From NCBI RefSeq assembly GCF_964355755.1, contig NC_092670.1, positions 40,288,388 through 40,352,387 of the forward strand: a stretch of DNA of 64,000 nucleotides, given 5' to 3'. Positions 1 through 12,950 of this stretch are shown here, piece after piece. Under the pieces are notes generated by a model. The model was not told the origin of the DNA and searched no databases. It was given only the letters and a program-made list of their open reading frames with translations. A program made the position numbers and the translations under genes. How positions within the stretch are numbered: position 1 is the first letter of the stretch; each line of letters starts with the position of its first letter. This DNA comes from Antedon mediterranea. Its lineage: Eukaryota > Animalia > Echinodermata.

Positions 1-208
1 CAAATATTGTTCAGCATAATGCAATTTGTAACATTCAGATTACAAAACCTTTTAGTTGAATAGTTTTGGTTAGAAAACATCTGGGTTGTTCCCCAAACAA
101 TCTCCATAAAAGAGATGTGTTCAACATTGCATTGTCAGATAGATTCATCTTTCAGCTGAAGTGTAGAGAACATTGAACATACAATTGTAAGTACAGTATT
201 ACATTTCT

Positions 209-1097
209 TGTTCTTTTTTTGTCTTTTATGAGATTCACTCACAATTATTTAATTCCTTACAATTATCACAATAATCTATATCAACATTCATTGTCAACAA
301 CTTTTGTTTCAGTAGAAAACTTTCTCTGCAGCTAAGTTTTGTTCATGTTTTTGTTATTTTGAGTATTTTACATAAATAAAAAAGTTAAAGTATTTAGAAA
401 ATAGACTGAAGTTATATCAAAATATACATCACTTAATATAGATTCACTATTGCCATTAGAACATCACAAAATAAAATATACTAATATACCACCAGTAAAT
501 AAAAGTGGTAGGGTAAAAACAATACTAGAACACTAGTATTGTGTCGGAATCATATTTATTATATTGTTATTATTTAACAATTGTGTGACATTTTTAAATT
601 GCTAAAATAATATTTTTTACTTTTTCCCATTTTTGTATGCTTTTCTCTCTTATAAACTATATCACATTCTATTCTGAATAGAATTCCTTGTTTAAAGATT
701 TCCATAAATTAAAATAACTTTTATTTGTAAAATCAGCCAGTATCTTTTTGTTTATAAACCGTGAAAGCAGCAAAGGTATATATAAAATCAGTAAGAATAT
801 TTCTTGTTCCAATTACCAGATTTTGAAAAGACATGTTTTATGATTGGTACCTTTAAAACAATCTCTATTTTTGTCCAAAAACCTTCAATAAATTTACAAG
901 AAAAAAACATATGCTCCTCATCTTGTACCTCTCCACATCTACCACATATATTAGTATCCTTTAGTTTCCATATAAACAACCTTTTGTTTGTTGCTAAAAT
1001 TCTATTTAAAAATTTGTAATTAAATTGTATTAATTTTTTATCTTTCATTTTACAAACTTTAGATAACCAATCAATATTCAAATTCTCAAAATATTTT
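209..1097 (-). mobile_element. 5'-truncated L1/Tx1-like LINE 3' end
   Basis: ORF 788-1081 has the zf-RVT motif F.YK.LNRIL.TN..L..W......C..C....D..H.F..C......W; A-rich 3' end on the minus strand. Confidence 0.75.
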
Positions 1098-1143
1098 GAA
1101 CATACAATTGTAAGTATTACATTTCTATTGGTACATTAATTAA

Positions 1144-1736
1144 AGCTCAGGTACAGGCATGAATTTTAAATATAATATTTGGTTAATTGTACATAAATCA
1201 AATATTTGTAACAGAAATCAACACGAAAAAACATGAATTTCCCTTAATATGGCCAAATACAAAATTTTGCAAAATTCTTCCATAAAAACCAGGAAGACCT
1301 TTTTCCAGTAGTTAGGTAGTTAACCTAATGTAATAACATGTCTTGTGACTCCCTAGAAGGTGAAAAAAGATGGTGGATATACGGTGGATAATTTTTGCTA
1401 TAGCATGAAAATAAAAAGTTGAAGTTGAATAAAAATTCCAGAAATGTAATATTCAAGTTATATTACCTATTATAGTCATCTGATAACATTTTTTACCCCA
1501 CTGTTTATTTTTCGTAGCTTTTTAAAATGCCCCTCTATTTACAAAATTTGTGTACAAAAGAATAGAGATTTTACTGTGTAATTTGAACTATCCCCCCACT
1601 GATAAGAAAGTGCTTATTTTCAACAAGCTTGTGTAACACAAATGAAATCCCAAAAATTATGAAACATAGGGGAAACTATAGATCGATAATTATTGGAATG
1701 TATGATCAATAGAAATTTTTTGCCCGCACCTGGCCT
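1144..1736. mobile_element. Non-autonomous TTAA-targeting DNA transposon, Kolobok-like MITE
   Basis: TTAA duplicated (1140-1143, 1737-1740) at the site that reads cattaaTTAAgtctattg in other units; imperfect TIR AGCTCAGGTACAGGCA / AGGCCAGGTGCGGGCA; AG...CT termini fit Kolobok rather than piggyBac (CCY). Confidence 0.7.
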
Positions 1737-2471
1737 TTAAGTCTATTGACAACTTAAAATTTTAAAATGCAACAGATACACTGGAATTTTTTGTGACTTT
1801 CTAAAGCTTGTGATTGCTTAAAATCAGTATTCTCTTGAAAAGATAATGAATTGGAAAATAACAATGATATTTTTCTTGTATGTAACAATGATGGCTATCA
1901 TTTAATTTTACAGTACTATTCACTTGGGCTTTGGAAAAACCCATATTATAAGGTTTATCTCAAACGTACGTTTGAAACAAAACAAATATTAATATTTTTG
2001 TTGTTCACATTGTGATTATCATCCTGATTTTATTACCAAAAACAATAACATTTTAAATATTTATATATATGTTTTATGCATTTTATCATATTTTAACTTT
2101 TAACTTCTAAATTGTATCTACTTTTTAAACTTTAGCTTTTATGCAATAATGTGTGTTTTCTATTTTTTAATTGTTTGTTTATATTTTATATCTGTCTGTT
2201 TTTAATTGTACTAATATATATTTGCCAATCTTTGTAGAAGAATTTCTATTATTTATTTATATAATACTGAACAAATAAAGCTTTTCAGTAGTCAGTCTGC
2301 AAAAATATGCCTAACTTTCTAAAAAATACAATTTTGTGTGATCAATATTATCAAATTATGGTAGAAAAATGAAAATTCTCATCAATTCTCTATGAAATAA
2401 GATGTGCTGTAACATTTTGTCTTGCTTTTCTGTTGTCAGTTTTTGTAAAGAGCTTTCAAGTGTGATATAGA

Positions 2472-5400
2472 ATGGATTGCAGAATGTTAGTAATTGGCTG
2501 TATGTTGGTTGTGATGGCTGCTGCCTGCTGCCCAGAAGATGATTGTGGATGCTCTTCTAGAAGTAAGTAGCATATGACTCTATAAACAGCTGGTAAGAAA
2601 CGGGTCAGAAGAGTAGAAATGGTACAAACTGTAAAAAGACAAATGTGTCATCTATTGGACATCTATTACAATGCTTTAATTCTAAATCTTACCTCTTGCA
2701 TTTTTTAAATAAAAATGTTTAAAGTATACAATGGATCTATTAAAAACTATCTTGTATAATTTAATAAATGATATTACTAAATAATTAGAGAGAAAACAGA
2801 AACAATTTTAAGGAGTACAAAGTTGACGAAAGTACCTAACTATATTGTAAATAAATGAAAGTTATTTTCTAGTGTTAGAAAATTGATTTATTTTGTATAT
2901 TTAGAGAAGTGTTTTTTAAGGGACTGTGGTGAAATTTTGGAAAATGATCCTTCTGCTCGAAGTGATGATTATTTGATACAGCCACATGACGAACAACCTG
3001 AGTTTATGGTCTACTGTGACATGAGGAAAGATGGCGGATGGACAGTAAGCAATATTAATAAGCAATGAAAAAATGCAAAGATTTCTTTTCTTTTCATCTA
3101 TAATTATACAACTATTTAAGTTTCTTTGTTTTCCAGGTTATACAACGAAGAGAGGATGGTTCACAAGATTTCTATCGCGATTGGGCAAACTACAAAAAGG
3201 GTTTTGGAAATGTCCACTCAGAGTTCTGGCTTGGTAACGAAAAGATCAACCGTATAACATTTGATGGACATTTTGAGCTATTAGTAGAGGTGACAGACCA
3301 CTTGGATGAAATGAAGTTTGCAAGATATTCTCACTTCCGTATTGGTAGTGAGGATTCTAACTATACTTTGACAATTAGTGGATACACAGGGACGGCAGGT
3401 TAGTACATTCAATCAATTTTTACACTAAAAATCCATTTCAAGTAAACAAAGAACTAACATTAGTGTTTTTCTTTGTAGACCAGCTACACCTTTGTACCTT
3501 GCAATAGAAATAGACTAACACACACTGTGCGCTTTTGTTGTTGCATTTATCACTTTATATAATAACTGAATATAATACTGAGTTAAATGATAAGAACATT
3601 GACTGGAATTAAATGGTTTAAACAAGCTTACAGCCCAGTAAATTCAACATACCTTAATTTGGATTTTCGACATGTAATAAATATGTTCTCATCAGAAGAA
3701 TCCCATGTTGTATCTAATTATGTACCAGCATGTATAAACGTTTTTTATCATACTCTTTCATTTTCATTGTTGTTTTTGGAAATCAGTACATTTGTTTTGA
3801 AAGTATACTTGAGTTAAAAGAAAGAATAATTAAGATACAGCAGATGGAAAATAACATAAAATTACAAATGAAATATTTAAAAACATTTTTATTCTTTCAT
3901 TTTCATTGTTGTATCTAATTATGTACCAGCATGTATAAACGTTTTTTATCATACTCTTTCATTAGTCGGTCGGTCGGTTTGTCTGTCTGTCGGTCTGTCT
4001 GTCTGTCGGTCCGGTATCACTATGCGTTTTATCGCTTTCTGACCTTATCTTGATATCAGTTTAATCTAGCTAGGTCAATTTTTTACAGTATATTCCTTAT
4101 GGCCAGGAATCGATGTGGTTATGTTTTCACGGTGCGCAATAAAAAATGATGCGGTCTACGCACGATTTAACGAAATCACGTTTGTAATCATATCTTCACA
4201 ACCATGAATCACAATTAAATAAAATTCGGTACTCATAAATTTTAGGGCATAAATCATCATATGGCAATACAATTACGTGCGTAGCGCATGTAACGCATGC
4301 GTACGCGCGCTTAAAATTTTCAAAATTTATTTTCTATGAAATAAGAGTACGTTTCAGGCAATTTTAAGCGTTTACAAAATTGCCATGAGTGCGCATATTT
4401 TGCGCGCGCACTGTGCGTTAAATGTTATTGCACGCTCTTTTTGCCCGATTTCTGTTTTCTTGACTTACTTTTCAACTCGAAATTACGTTATACAAGCACG
4501 TCAAAAGTGACAGGCTACGCACGTGTAAATTAAAAAAATATAAATGTTTTTAAACATTTCAACATTTTTAAACATGTTCAGTAATTTCGGTCAGTATAGT
4601 TCACTATGTCGGTCGGTCGGTCTGTCAGTCTGTCCGGTATCACTATGCATTGTAGCACGCGACTTAATGGCTGTTGGCCTTGTTTAACATACTCTTTCAT
4701 TTCATTGTTGTATCTAATTATGTACCAGCTGCATGTCTAAACAATTTTTATCCTACTCTTTCATTTTCATTGTTGTATCTAATTATATACCAACATGTAT
4801 AAACGTTTTTTATCATACTCTTTCATTTTCATTGTTGTATCTAATTATGTAGTACCAGCATGTATAAACGTTTTTTATTATACTCTTTCATTTTCAAATC
4901 AGTACATTTGTATTGAAAGTATACTTGAGTTAAAAGAAAGAATAATTAAGATACAGAAGATAGAAAATAACATAAAATTACAAATGAAATATTTAAAAAC
5001 ATTTTTATTCTTTCATTTACATTATTGTTTAACATTCCCAATGTATTAATGTTTTAGTAATGTCAAGTTTATCATTGTATTTTCATAGTTGTATTTTATG
5101 TTGTGTGTAATGATTAAATGTGGGTCATCCCCTAAAAAGAAAAAAAAAAGTATAATAAGCAAACATTGAATGATCAAAAATATCATAATATAGTAAAATA
5201 AATAACCATATTGTATAATGTATAGAATATAAGAAGACCAATAACAAGAACACTAGATTTGAAAAAATTGTTATGATTTAAAACAAAATTAAAATCTCCT
5301 AAAACAGGATTTAAATGTAAAAACATAATTAATTAAAACACTTATTGGGTGTATTGAGCGAGTGGCCGAGCGGTTAAGACAGTGGAACCGTAATCACGTA

Positions 5401-6021
5401 GACATAACATCGGCAGGGGTTCGAGGCTCACTCACTCCATGGTTCTGGTGGTAGAACGAGTCTTCTCGGATAAGGACTATAAACCGTAGGTCCATTTTAC
5501 ACAACTTGCTCGTGTGCACTTTAAAGAACCTAGTACATCTTTCGAGACGAGTAGGGGGTTACCCCGGTGTATTAGTACATCACAGCCACTGATCACCAAC
5601 TGGGCCCTCTGGGAGATCAGTCTTTGACTGAAGAGGTCACCCAGTATAAAGATAAAACAAACAAACAAATTGTATCATTTTACATTGCATACAGTATTCA
5701 TTTTCTCCATTCTATTAAAAAAACTGTATGTATGCTGTAAACTTAAAGATGATATATTATCTTGTTTGTGTAGGTGATTCTTTAGCATATGCCAATGGTG
5801 GACAATTTTCAACGTACGATACAGACAATGATAAGAGTAGTATTAACTGTGCTGAGTCATACAAAGGTGCTTGGTGGTACAAGAACTGTGCTAATTCAAA
5901 CCTGAATGGGCTTTACCTTACACCAGGATCTTCTTCTACTTCTAATGGCATATATTGGTTTTATTTCAAGGACTGGGAAAGTCTCAAGAAGACAGTGATG
6001 ATGGTTAAAAGAGCACCATAA
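2472..6021 (+). CDS. Fibrinogen-related domain (FReD) lectin, copy G1, 246 aa; exons 2472-2562, 2905-3044, 3137-3398, 5774-6021
   Basis: GT-AG introns with phases 1/0/1 splice into one open frame. Signal peptide [18 protein letters not shown], Cys-rich linker CCPEDDCGC, then FBG motifs VYCDM..DGGWTVIQRR.DGS..F.R.W..YK.GFG, EFWLGNE, YTGTAGDSL, FSTYDxDND, GAWWY..C..SNLNG. Confidence 0.92.
3962..4684 (+). mobile_element. Helentron-associated non-autonomous element (HINE/DINE-1-like) in G1 intron 3
   Basis: (GTCG/GTCT)n tracts near both ends, CpG-rich core, 3' end GCACGCGACTTAATGGCTGTTGGCCTTGTT; no TSD; absent from the other copies. Confidence 0.6.
5356..5668 (+). mobile_element. tRNA-derived SINE with Deu/Nin-like core in G1 intron 3
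   Basis: A box TGGCCGAGCGG, B box GGTTCGAGGC, core GGATAAGGACTATAAACCG..GGTCC...GCAC.TTAAAGAACC, (CAAA)n tail; absent from the other copies. Confidence 0.8.
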
Positions 6022-6393
6022 GAGATTTTTCACTATCACTAGTAATTTGACTTAAAAGTATACAAAATGGCAAATATTTAATTTTTTTCAAGATGTAGTG
6101 AGGTCAACAATCCTGTTTGCCTATCCTTTTTTAGTGTTATATTAATTAATTTAATTTAATAATGAAAACTTGAATTTGGTGCAATTTTCATAACTTTTTG
6201 TCTCTGAAAAACAAATTTATAACATATGAAAATAACTTTAATTTGAACTGTAATTTTTCTTAAATTATTATTAATCACATACAGTACCTATTTATATTTT
6301 GTTTATGATAATTTATTATTATTATATAATTATTATAATTATATTATCAGAATTGTTAAAAATCATGTATTATTGATACTAATTTTACAAATT

Positions 6394-6399
6394 AATAAA
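6394..6399 (+). terminator. Putative polyadenylation signal of G1
   Basis: AATAAA ~370 nt after the stop codon, conserved at the equivalent position in the 3' flanks of most copies; the AT-rich context weakens it. Confidence 0.35.
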
Positions 6400-7921
6400 A
6401 CGATATCTGCAGAAGATCCTTATAGATAACTTGTGCTACGATACAATTACAATCAGAAATCTTCTGAAAACTAAATACTGTAACATTTTTAAAAAAAACA
6501 TACTATTTGCTCGCTAAAAACCATACAATAGTGACCAAAAACATATCAAGCATATTTTTGGACAAGATGGGCATCATTGGCAGGAACAAAACTGTACTGT
6601 ATTGTTGAAAGAATTAAAATTAATTAAACTACAATGAAATGTGTATGATCTATTAATTATATCTCTTATTTTATTTGGTCTTGAGAATATTGTACAGGAA
6701 ACAGCTAATAGATACTAAGCAAAAATAAGGTTTATGGGTTTACACTTCCAAGCCAATATTGCACTTTTACAACAAAAAAACACCAACAAATGCAAACTCC
6801 ATTTTAGAGTACAAACTAACTAGAGGCTAACATAACTCAGTGTCTTGATGCTATATTAGTAGTCAATATCCCAAATGATTTGTGATCAATGATCTTGGAG
6901 GAATTACGAACGTCATGCACCTTACACAACATTTTCTTTATTTATGCAACAGTTGTGTTGGTCATTTGTTATCTACAATATCAATAGTTGATCGATAAAT
7001 AAGAAAACAACCCAAATATCCAAACAATTTTGAAATAAAATCAAATGTTGTATTCTTGATTATCATTATTTAAGTTATGCTGCCCTCTATGCAGAAAATT
7101 GCTTCGCCAAACATAATGCCCATCAATATTAAAGTAAGTAAATCAATAAAACAAAGTCAAGGCTGTCATATCTGTGCAGAGCTGACATGGAGTTCAATAG
7201 GAATCAATGTACATCCTCATCTAAAATAAAGGAATAACGTGTGCGATCCGATGTTATCTAATGAATGTAGAAAATAATTTTTTTAAATCAAACCAAACTT
7301 GTAAATGACATCAACAATTAATGTTGGATTTACTTTAAAAAACTATTAGACAATCTATACACATACTAACTACTCCCACGAAAATGCATCTGTTCACTAA
7401 ATACCAAGTTATTGTTGTATAATGTAATGTTATTTCCTACACATTTTGCATATTTGCCGTATTATTCGTAACTATAGACTTGACTATATGGACAACATGG
7501 GGACAGAGACTTGTAGAAAGAGACTGTAGTAGTTACATAGCTTATCATTCTGTTCTGCTCACAAAAAAACAATCACTAAAGTGTTTAATCTCATTCACGA
7601 ACCAGTTAGCTACTACAAATAAAAAATAATAAAAACCACAAATATCCACTTCTGTCTTGAACAAAAGCAAATTACAAAGTGTTTCATCTCAATCACGAAT
7701 CAATTAGTAGTTGGGAAAATCCAATCCTGCCTTATGTTTTCACAAAAACAGTTTCATCTCATTCACGAATTAATTAGCTAAACAAATTATCACAAATATT
7801 CAAACAAACTTTAATAATATTCAAATATTGTTCAGCATGCAATTTGTAACATTCAGAGATTACATAAATAAACCTTTTAGTTGAATAAATTTGGTTAGAA
7901 AACATCTGGGTTGTTCCCCAA

Positions 7922-8019
7922 CCAATCTCCATAAAAGAGATGTGTTCCAACATTGCATTGTCAGATAGATTCATCGTTCAGCTGAAGTTACAGTTACTTT
8001 GAACATTACAGTTGTAAGT
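7922..8019 (+). promoter_or_regulatory. Putative core promoter and non-coding first exon of G2 (equivalent block upstream of every copy)
   Basis: CCAAT, TATA-like CATAAAAG (7930-7937), TCAGA ~30 nt later, then a GTAAGT donor (8014). A pyrimidine-rich acceptor ...ctcttctgttgtcAG (8925) lies ~35 nt before the ATG. Confidence 0.45.
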
Positions 8020-8043
8020 ATTACACTTCTATTGGTACATTAA

Positions 8044-8219
8044 TATATATATCGAGCTTGCTCAGGCTTCTTTGACTCGTATACGCCACCCTTTGGTCTT
8101 CCATGGCAGCACAGGCAGTTCATCCAGGTTGCATTCTGTGTCTATGTTGATCTATGTAGGTTTTGTGGGGACGTCCAACCTTCTGCCGACAATGTCTTGG
8201 ATTCCATAGATTAGTGCTC
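8044..8219 (-). mobile_element. Short 3' fragment of an RTE-like LINE
   Basis: Minus strand encodes, across frameshifts, WNPRHCRQKVGRPHKTYIDQ...DTECNLDEL..AMED..GWRIRV, typical of RTE ORF C-termini; (TA)n tail; unique to this unit. Confidence 0.55.
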
Positions 8220-8961
8220 TAATTAAGTCTATTGACAACTTAAAATTCTAAATTGCGAAAAATACACTGGATTTTTTTGTGACTTTCTAAAACTTGTGAT
8301 TGGTTAAAATCAGTTTTCTCTTGAAAAGATAATGAATTGGAAAATAACAATAATTTCTCTTGTATGTAACAATGATGGGTATCATTTTATGTACAGTACT
8401 ATTCACTTGGACTTAAAAAATCCCATATTATAAGGCTTATCTCAAATGTGCATTTGAAACAAAACAAATATTAACATTTTTATTGTTCACATTGTGATTA
8501 TCATCCTAATGTTATTACCAAAAACAATAACATTTTAAATTTTTATATATATGTTTTATGCATTTTATCATATTTTAACTTTTAACTTCTAAATTGTATC
8601 TACTTTTTAAACTTAAGCTTTTGTGCAATAATGTGTGTTTTATATTTTTTATTTATTTTAACTGTTTATATATACCTATTTTTAATTGTACTAATAAATA
8701 TTTGCCAAACTTTAGAATTTCTATTATTATTTAATATGATATTTATAATGGACAAATAAGCTTTTGAGTATTCAGTCTGCAAAAATATCCCTTACTTTCT
8801 AAAAAAAATACAATTTTGTGTTTTATCAAATTATGATAGAAAATAAATGAAAATTCCAATCAACTATCTTCAATTTAAGATATAAGAACTGCTATAACAT
8901 TTGTTTTTTGCTCTTCTGTTGTCAGTTATATTGTGTGAGGAGCTTTCAAGTGTGATAAAGA

Positions 8962-11086
8962 ATGGATTCCAGAATGTTAGTAATTGGCTGTATGTTGGTT
9001 GTGATGGCTGCTGCCTACTGCCCAGAAGATGATTGTGGATGCCCTTCTAGAAGTAAGTAGCATGAGTCTAAACAGCTGGTAAGAAACGGGTCAGAAGATC
9101 AGAAATGTATCTTAAAGAGAATGTGTCATTAAGTGGACAATTTTTGTAGCTGTCCTATAAACCTAATTAAATTAAATCTTACCTCTTACACTTTTTTAAA
9201 AATGTTTAAAGCACTTTACTGGAAGTGGTAAAGAGACTATCTTGTATAATTTATTAAAATTAAATGATACTACTAAACAATTAGGAAGAAAACAAACAAA
9301 AGTACAAAGTTTGTACTAAACTAAAGTATGTTTGGTATATTTAGTTTAAAGAAATGGATAATATTTTGAATATATTATTTAGATAAGTGTTTTATGAGAG
9401 ATTGTGAAGACATTTTGGAAAATGATCCTTCTGCTCAAAGTGGTGATTATGTGATAGAGCCAAATGATGGAGGACCAAAGTTTATGGTCTACTGTGACAT
9501 GAGGAAAGATGGCGGATGGACAGTAAGCAATATTAATAAGCAACAAAAAAATGCAAAGATTTCTTTTTTTTTCATCTATAATTATACTTAACTATTCAAC
9601 TATAGTTTTGATCAAGTTCACAAAATAAATTTTCCACAGCTGTTGTGTAAAGTTTCTTTGTTTTCCAGGTGATACAACGAAGACAGGATGGTTCGGAAGA
9701 TTTCTACCGCAATTGGGCCAACTACAAAAAGGGTTTTGGAAATGTCCACTCAGAGTTCTGGCTTGGTAATGATAATATCAACCGTATAACATTTGATGGA
9801 AATTTTGAGCTATTAGTAGAGATGACAGACCACTTGGATGTAATGAAGTTTGCAAGATATTCCCACTTTCGTGTTGATACTGAGGATTCTAACTATGATT
9901 TGACAATCAGTGGATACACAGGAACTGCAGGTTAGTACATTCAATCAATTTTTACACTAAAAATCCATTTCAAGTAAACAAAGAACTAACATTATTATTT
10001 TTCTTTGTAGACCAGCTACACCTTTCTGCCTTGCAATAGAAATAGACTAACACACACTGTGCGCTTTTTTGTTGTTGCATTTATCACTTTATATAACAAC
10101 TGAATATAATACTGAGTTAAAAGAACATTGACTGGAATTAAATGGTTTAAACAAGCTTACAGCCCAGGAAATTCAACATACCATAAGAATCCATGTTGTA
10201 CCTAATTATGTACTAAGCATGTATCAATGTTTTTTATCATACTCTTTCATTTATCATACTCTTTCATTTTCATTGTTGTTTTTGGAAATCAGTACATTTG
10301 TATTGAAAGTATACTTGAGTTAAAAGAAAGAATAATTAAGATACAGCAGATGGAAAATAACATAAAATTACAAATGAAATATTTAAAAACATTTTTATTC
10401 TTTCATTTTTATTATTGTTTTAACATTCCCAATGCATTACTGTTTTAGTAATGTCAAGTTTATCATCTTATTTTCATAGTTGTACTTTATGTTGTGTGTA
10501 ATGATTAAATGTGGGTCATCCCCATTAAAAAGAAAAAAAAGTATAATAAAAAGCAAACATTGACTGACCAACAAAATATCATATTATAGTAAAATAAATA
10601 ACCATATTGTATAATGTATAGAACATAAGAAGCCCAATAACAAAAAATGTTATAATTTAAAACAAAATGAGAATCCCCTAAAACAGGATGTAAATGTAAA
10701 AACATAATTAATTAAAACACTCATTGGGTATATTGTATCATTTTACATCACATATACAGTATTCATTTTCTACATTCTATTAAACAAACTGTATGTATGC
10801 TGTAAACTTAAAGATGATATAATATTTGGTTTGTTTAGGTGATTCTTTAGCATATGCCAACGGTGGACAATTTTCAACGTATGATACAGACAATGATAAG
10901 TGGAGTAGTGGTAACTGTGCTGAGTCTTGGAAAGGTGCTTGGTGGTACACTGGCTGTGCTAATTCAAACCTGAATGGGCTTTACCTTACACCAGGATCTT
11001 CTTCTATTACTGGCATAGTTTGGCTTCATTTCAAGAATACAGAAAGTCTAAAGAAGACAGTGATGATGGTTAAAAGAGCAACATAA
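8962..11086 (+). CDS. FReD lectin, copy G2, 246 aa; exons 8962-9052, 9383-9522, 9669-9930, 10839-11086
   Basis: Same exon sizes (91/140/262/248) and splice sites as G1; open frame with FBG motifs; linker starts YC instead of CC. Confidence 0.92.
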
Positions 11087-12350
11087 GAGAGTTTTCATTA
11101 TCACTAGTAATTTGACTTAAAAGTATACAAAATGGCAAATATTTTTTTTTTTTTTTTTTTAGATGTAGTGTTATATTAATTATTTTAATTTAATAATGAA
11201 AACTAGAATTTGGTGCAATTTTCATAACTTTTTGTCAACAAATTTCATATGTTTTATAAATGTTTTAACATATGAAAATAAATTTTAATTTGAACTGTAA
11301 TTTTCTCATTATTAATCACATACAGTACCTATTTATGTTTTGTTCATCATAATTTATTATTATTATATAATATTATTATAATTATTATTATCACAATTGT
11401 TAAAAATCATATGTATTATTGATACTAATTTTACAAATTAATAAAACGATATCTGCAGAAGATCCTTATAGATAACTTAAGTGCTACGATACAATTACAA
11501 TCAGAAATCTTCTGAAAACTAAATACTGTAACACTTTAAAAAAAAACATACTATTTGCTCGCTAAAAACCATACAATAGTGACCAAAAACATATCAAGCA
11601 TATTTTTGGACAAGATGGGCATCAGTGGCAGGAACAAAACTGTACTGTATTGTTGAAAGAATTAAAATTAATTAAACTACAATGAAATGTGTATGATCTA
11701 TTAATTATATCTCTTATTTTATTGGTCTTGAGAATATTGTACAGGAAACAGCTAATAGATACTAAGCAAAAATAAGGTTTATGAGTTTACACTTCCAAGC
11801 CAATATTGCACTTTTACACAAAAAAAACACCAACAAATGCAAACTCCAATTTAGAGTACAAACACTTTCGGCTAACATAACTGTCTTGATGCTATATTAG
11901 TCAATCTATCCCAAATGATTTGTGATCAATGATCTTGGAGGAATTACGAACTTCATGCACCTTACACAACATTTTCTTTCTTTATGCAACAGTTGTGTTG
12001 GTCATTTGTTATCTACAAACAATAGTTGATCAATAAATAAGAAAACAAACCGAATATCCAAACAATTTTGAAATAAAATCAAATGTTGTATTCTTGATTA
12101 TCATTATTTAAGTTATGCTGCCCTCTATGCAGAAAATTGCTTGCAAACATAATGCCCATCAATATTAAAGTAAGTAAATCAATAAAACAAAGTCAAGGCT
12201 GTCATATCTGTGCAGAGCTGACAGGAGTTTAATAAGGAAACTCAAATGTACATCCTCATCTAAAATAAAGGAATAACGTGTGCGATCCGATGTTATCTAA
12301 TGAATGTAGAAAATAATTTTTTTAAATCAAACCAAACTTGTAAATGACAT

Positions 12351-12848
12351 TGCAGTGAATTTATCTTTAGTTGGTTCCGAGCTTTCTCAGGCGTATATCC
12401 ACTCGACGTATGCAGCTGTCGTTCCGAGCTTTCTCAGGCGTATATATTTCCACGCGACGTACACAGCTGTCACTGAATGATAACTCATACAAAAAGTATA
12501 TTTAACTCAACTAGAACTTTTATTCCTTGTAATTCGATTAATACATCTTTCTACCACTACCAGTCAAGCCTTAATATTCTCTTTATCATCTTTCCGTTTA
12601 TCTACTCTGATCTTATTCTCTCTTCTCGTTTATCTACTCTGATCTTATTCTCTCTTCTCCTCTAATATCTATTACATTCTACTTTTATACTGGATATGCA
12701 AATTTTAGGCTTCAGAGGAGGATAACATTTTCCCTCCAAAAATTATACGATTTTGATTGGCTAATAATTAGGCGGACCTGGTCTAAAGCATCCTTCTCTA
12801 AAGCATCCTTCTCTAAACACAGAGAATCACAACATTTATAATATGACA
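12351..12848 (-). repeat. 3' LTR (498 bp)
   Basis: Differs from the 5' LTR by about 3 substitutions I could see and a 15-bp duplication (ctaaagcatccttct). Preceded on the minus strand by the polypurine tract AAAAAGGGGAA (12849-12859). Confidence 0.93.
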
Positions 12849-12950
12849 TTCCCCTTTTTGGGAAAAAGATTGTGTCAATCTTTCCAAAAATTTAACATTT
12901 AAAACCATTTTACATTAAACTATCTACTAATAACACCTCTATAATATTAT

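Noticed and set aside
3587-5049. Intron-3 ORFs such as [10 protein letters not shown]... (also 10227-10448)
   Set aside because: AT-rich intronic repeats with inconsistent frames between copies and no supporting splice structure.
5356-5440. tRNA gene
   Set aside because: A and B boxes are present but I could not fold a clean cloverleaf, and it continues into a SINE core and simple-repeat tail.
2472-6021. Assigning a vertebrate symbol (FCN, FIBCD1, MFAP4, ANGPTL, TNC)
   Set aside because: No collagen, transmembrane, coiled-coil or EGF/FN3 regions; it looks like a lineage-specific expansion, and orthology cannot be determined by eye.
12477-12665. Identical 62-aa ORF at 12477 and 22041
   Set aside because: Lies within the two LTRs; low-complexity sequence, and the identity is explained by LTR duplication.
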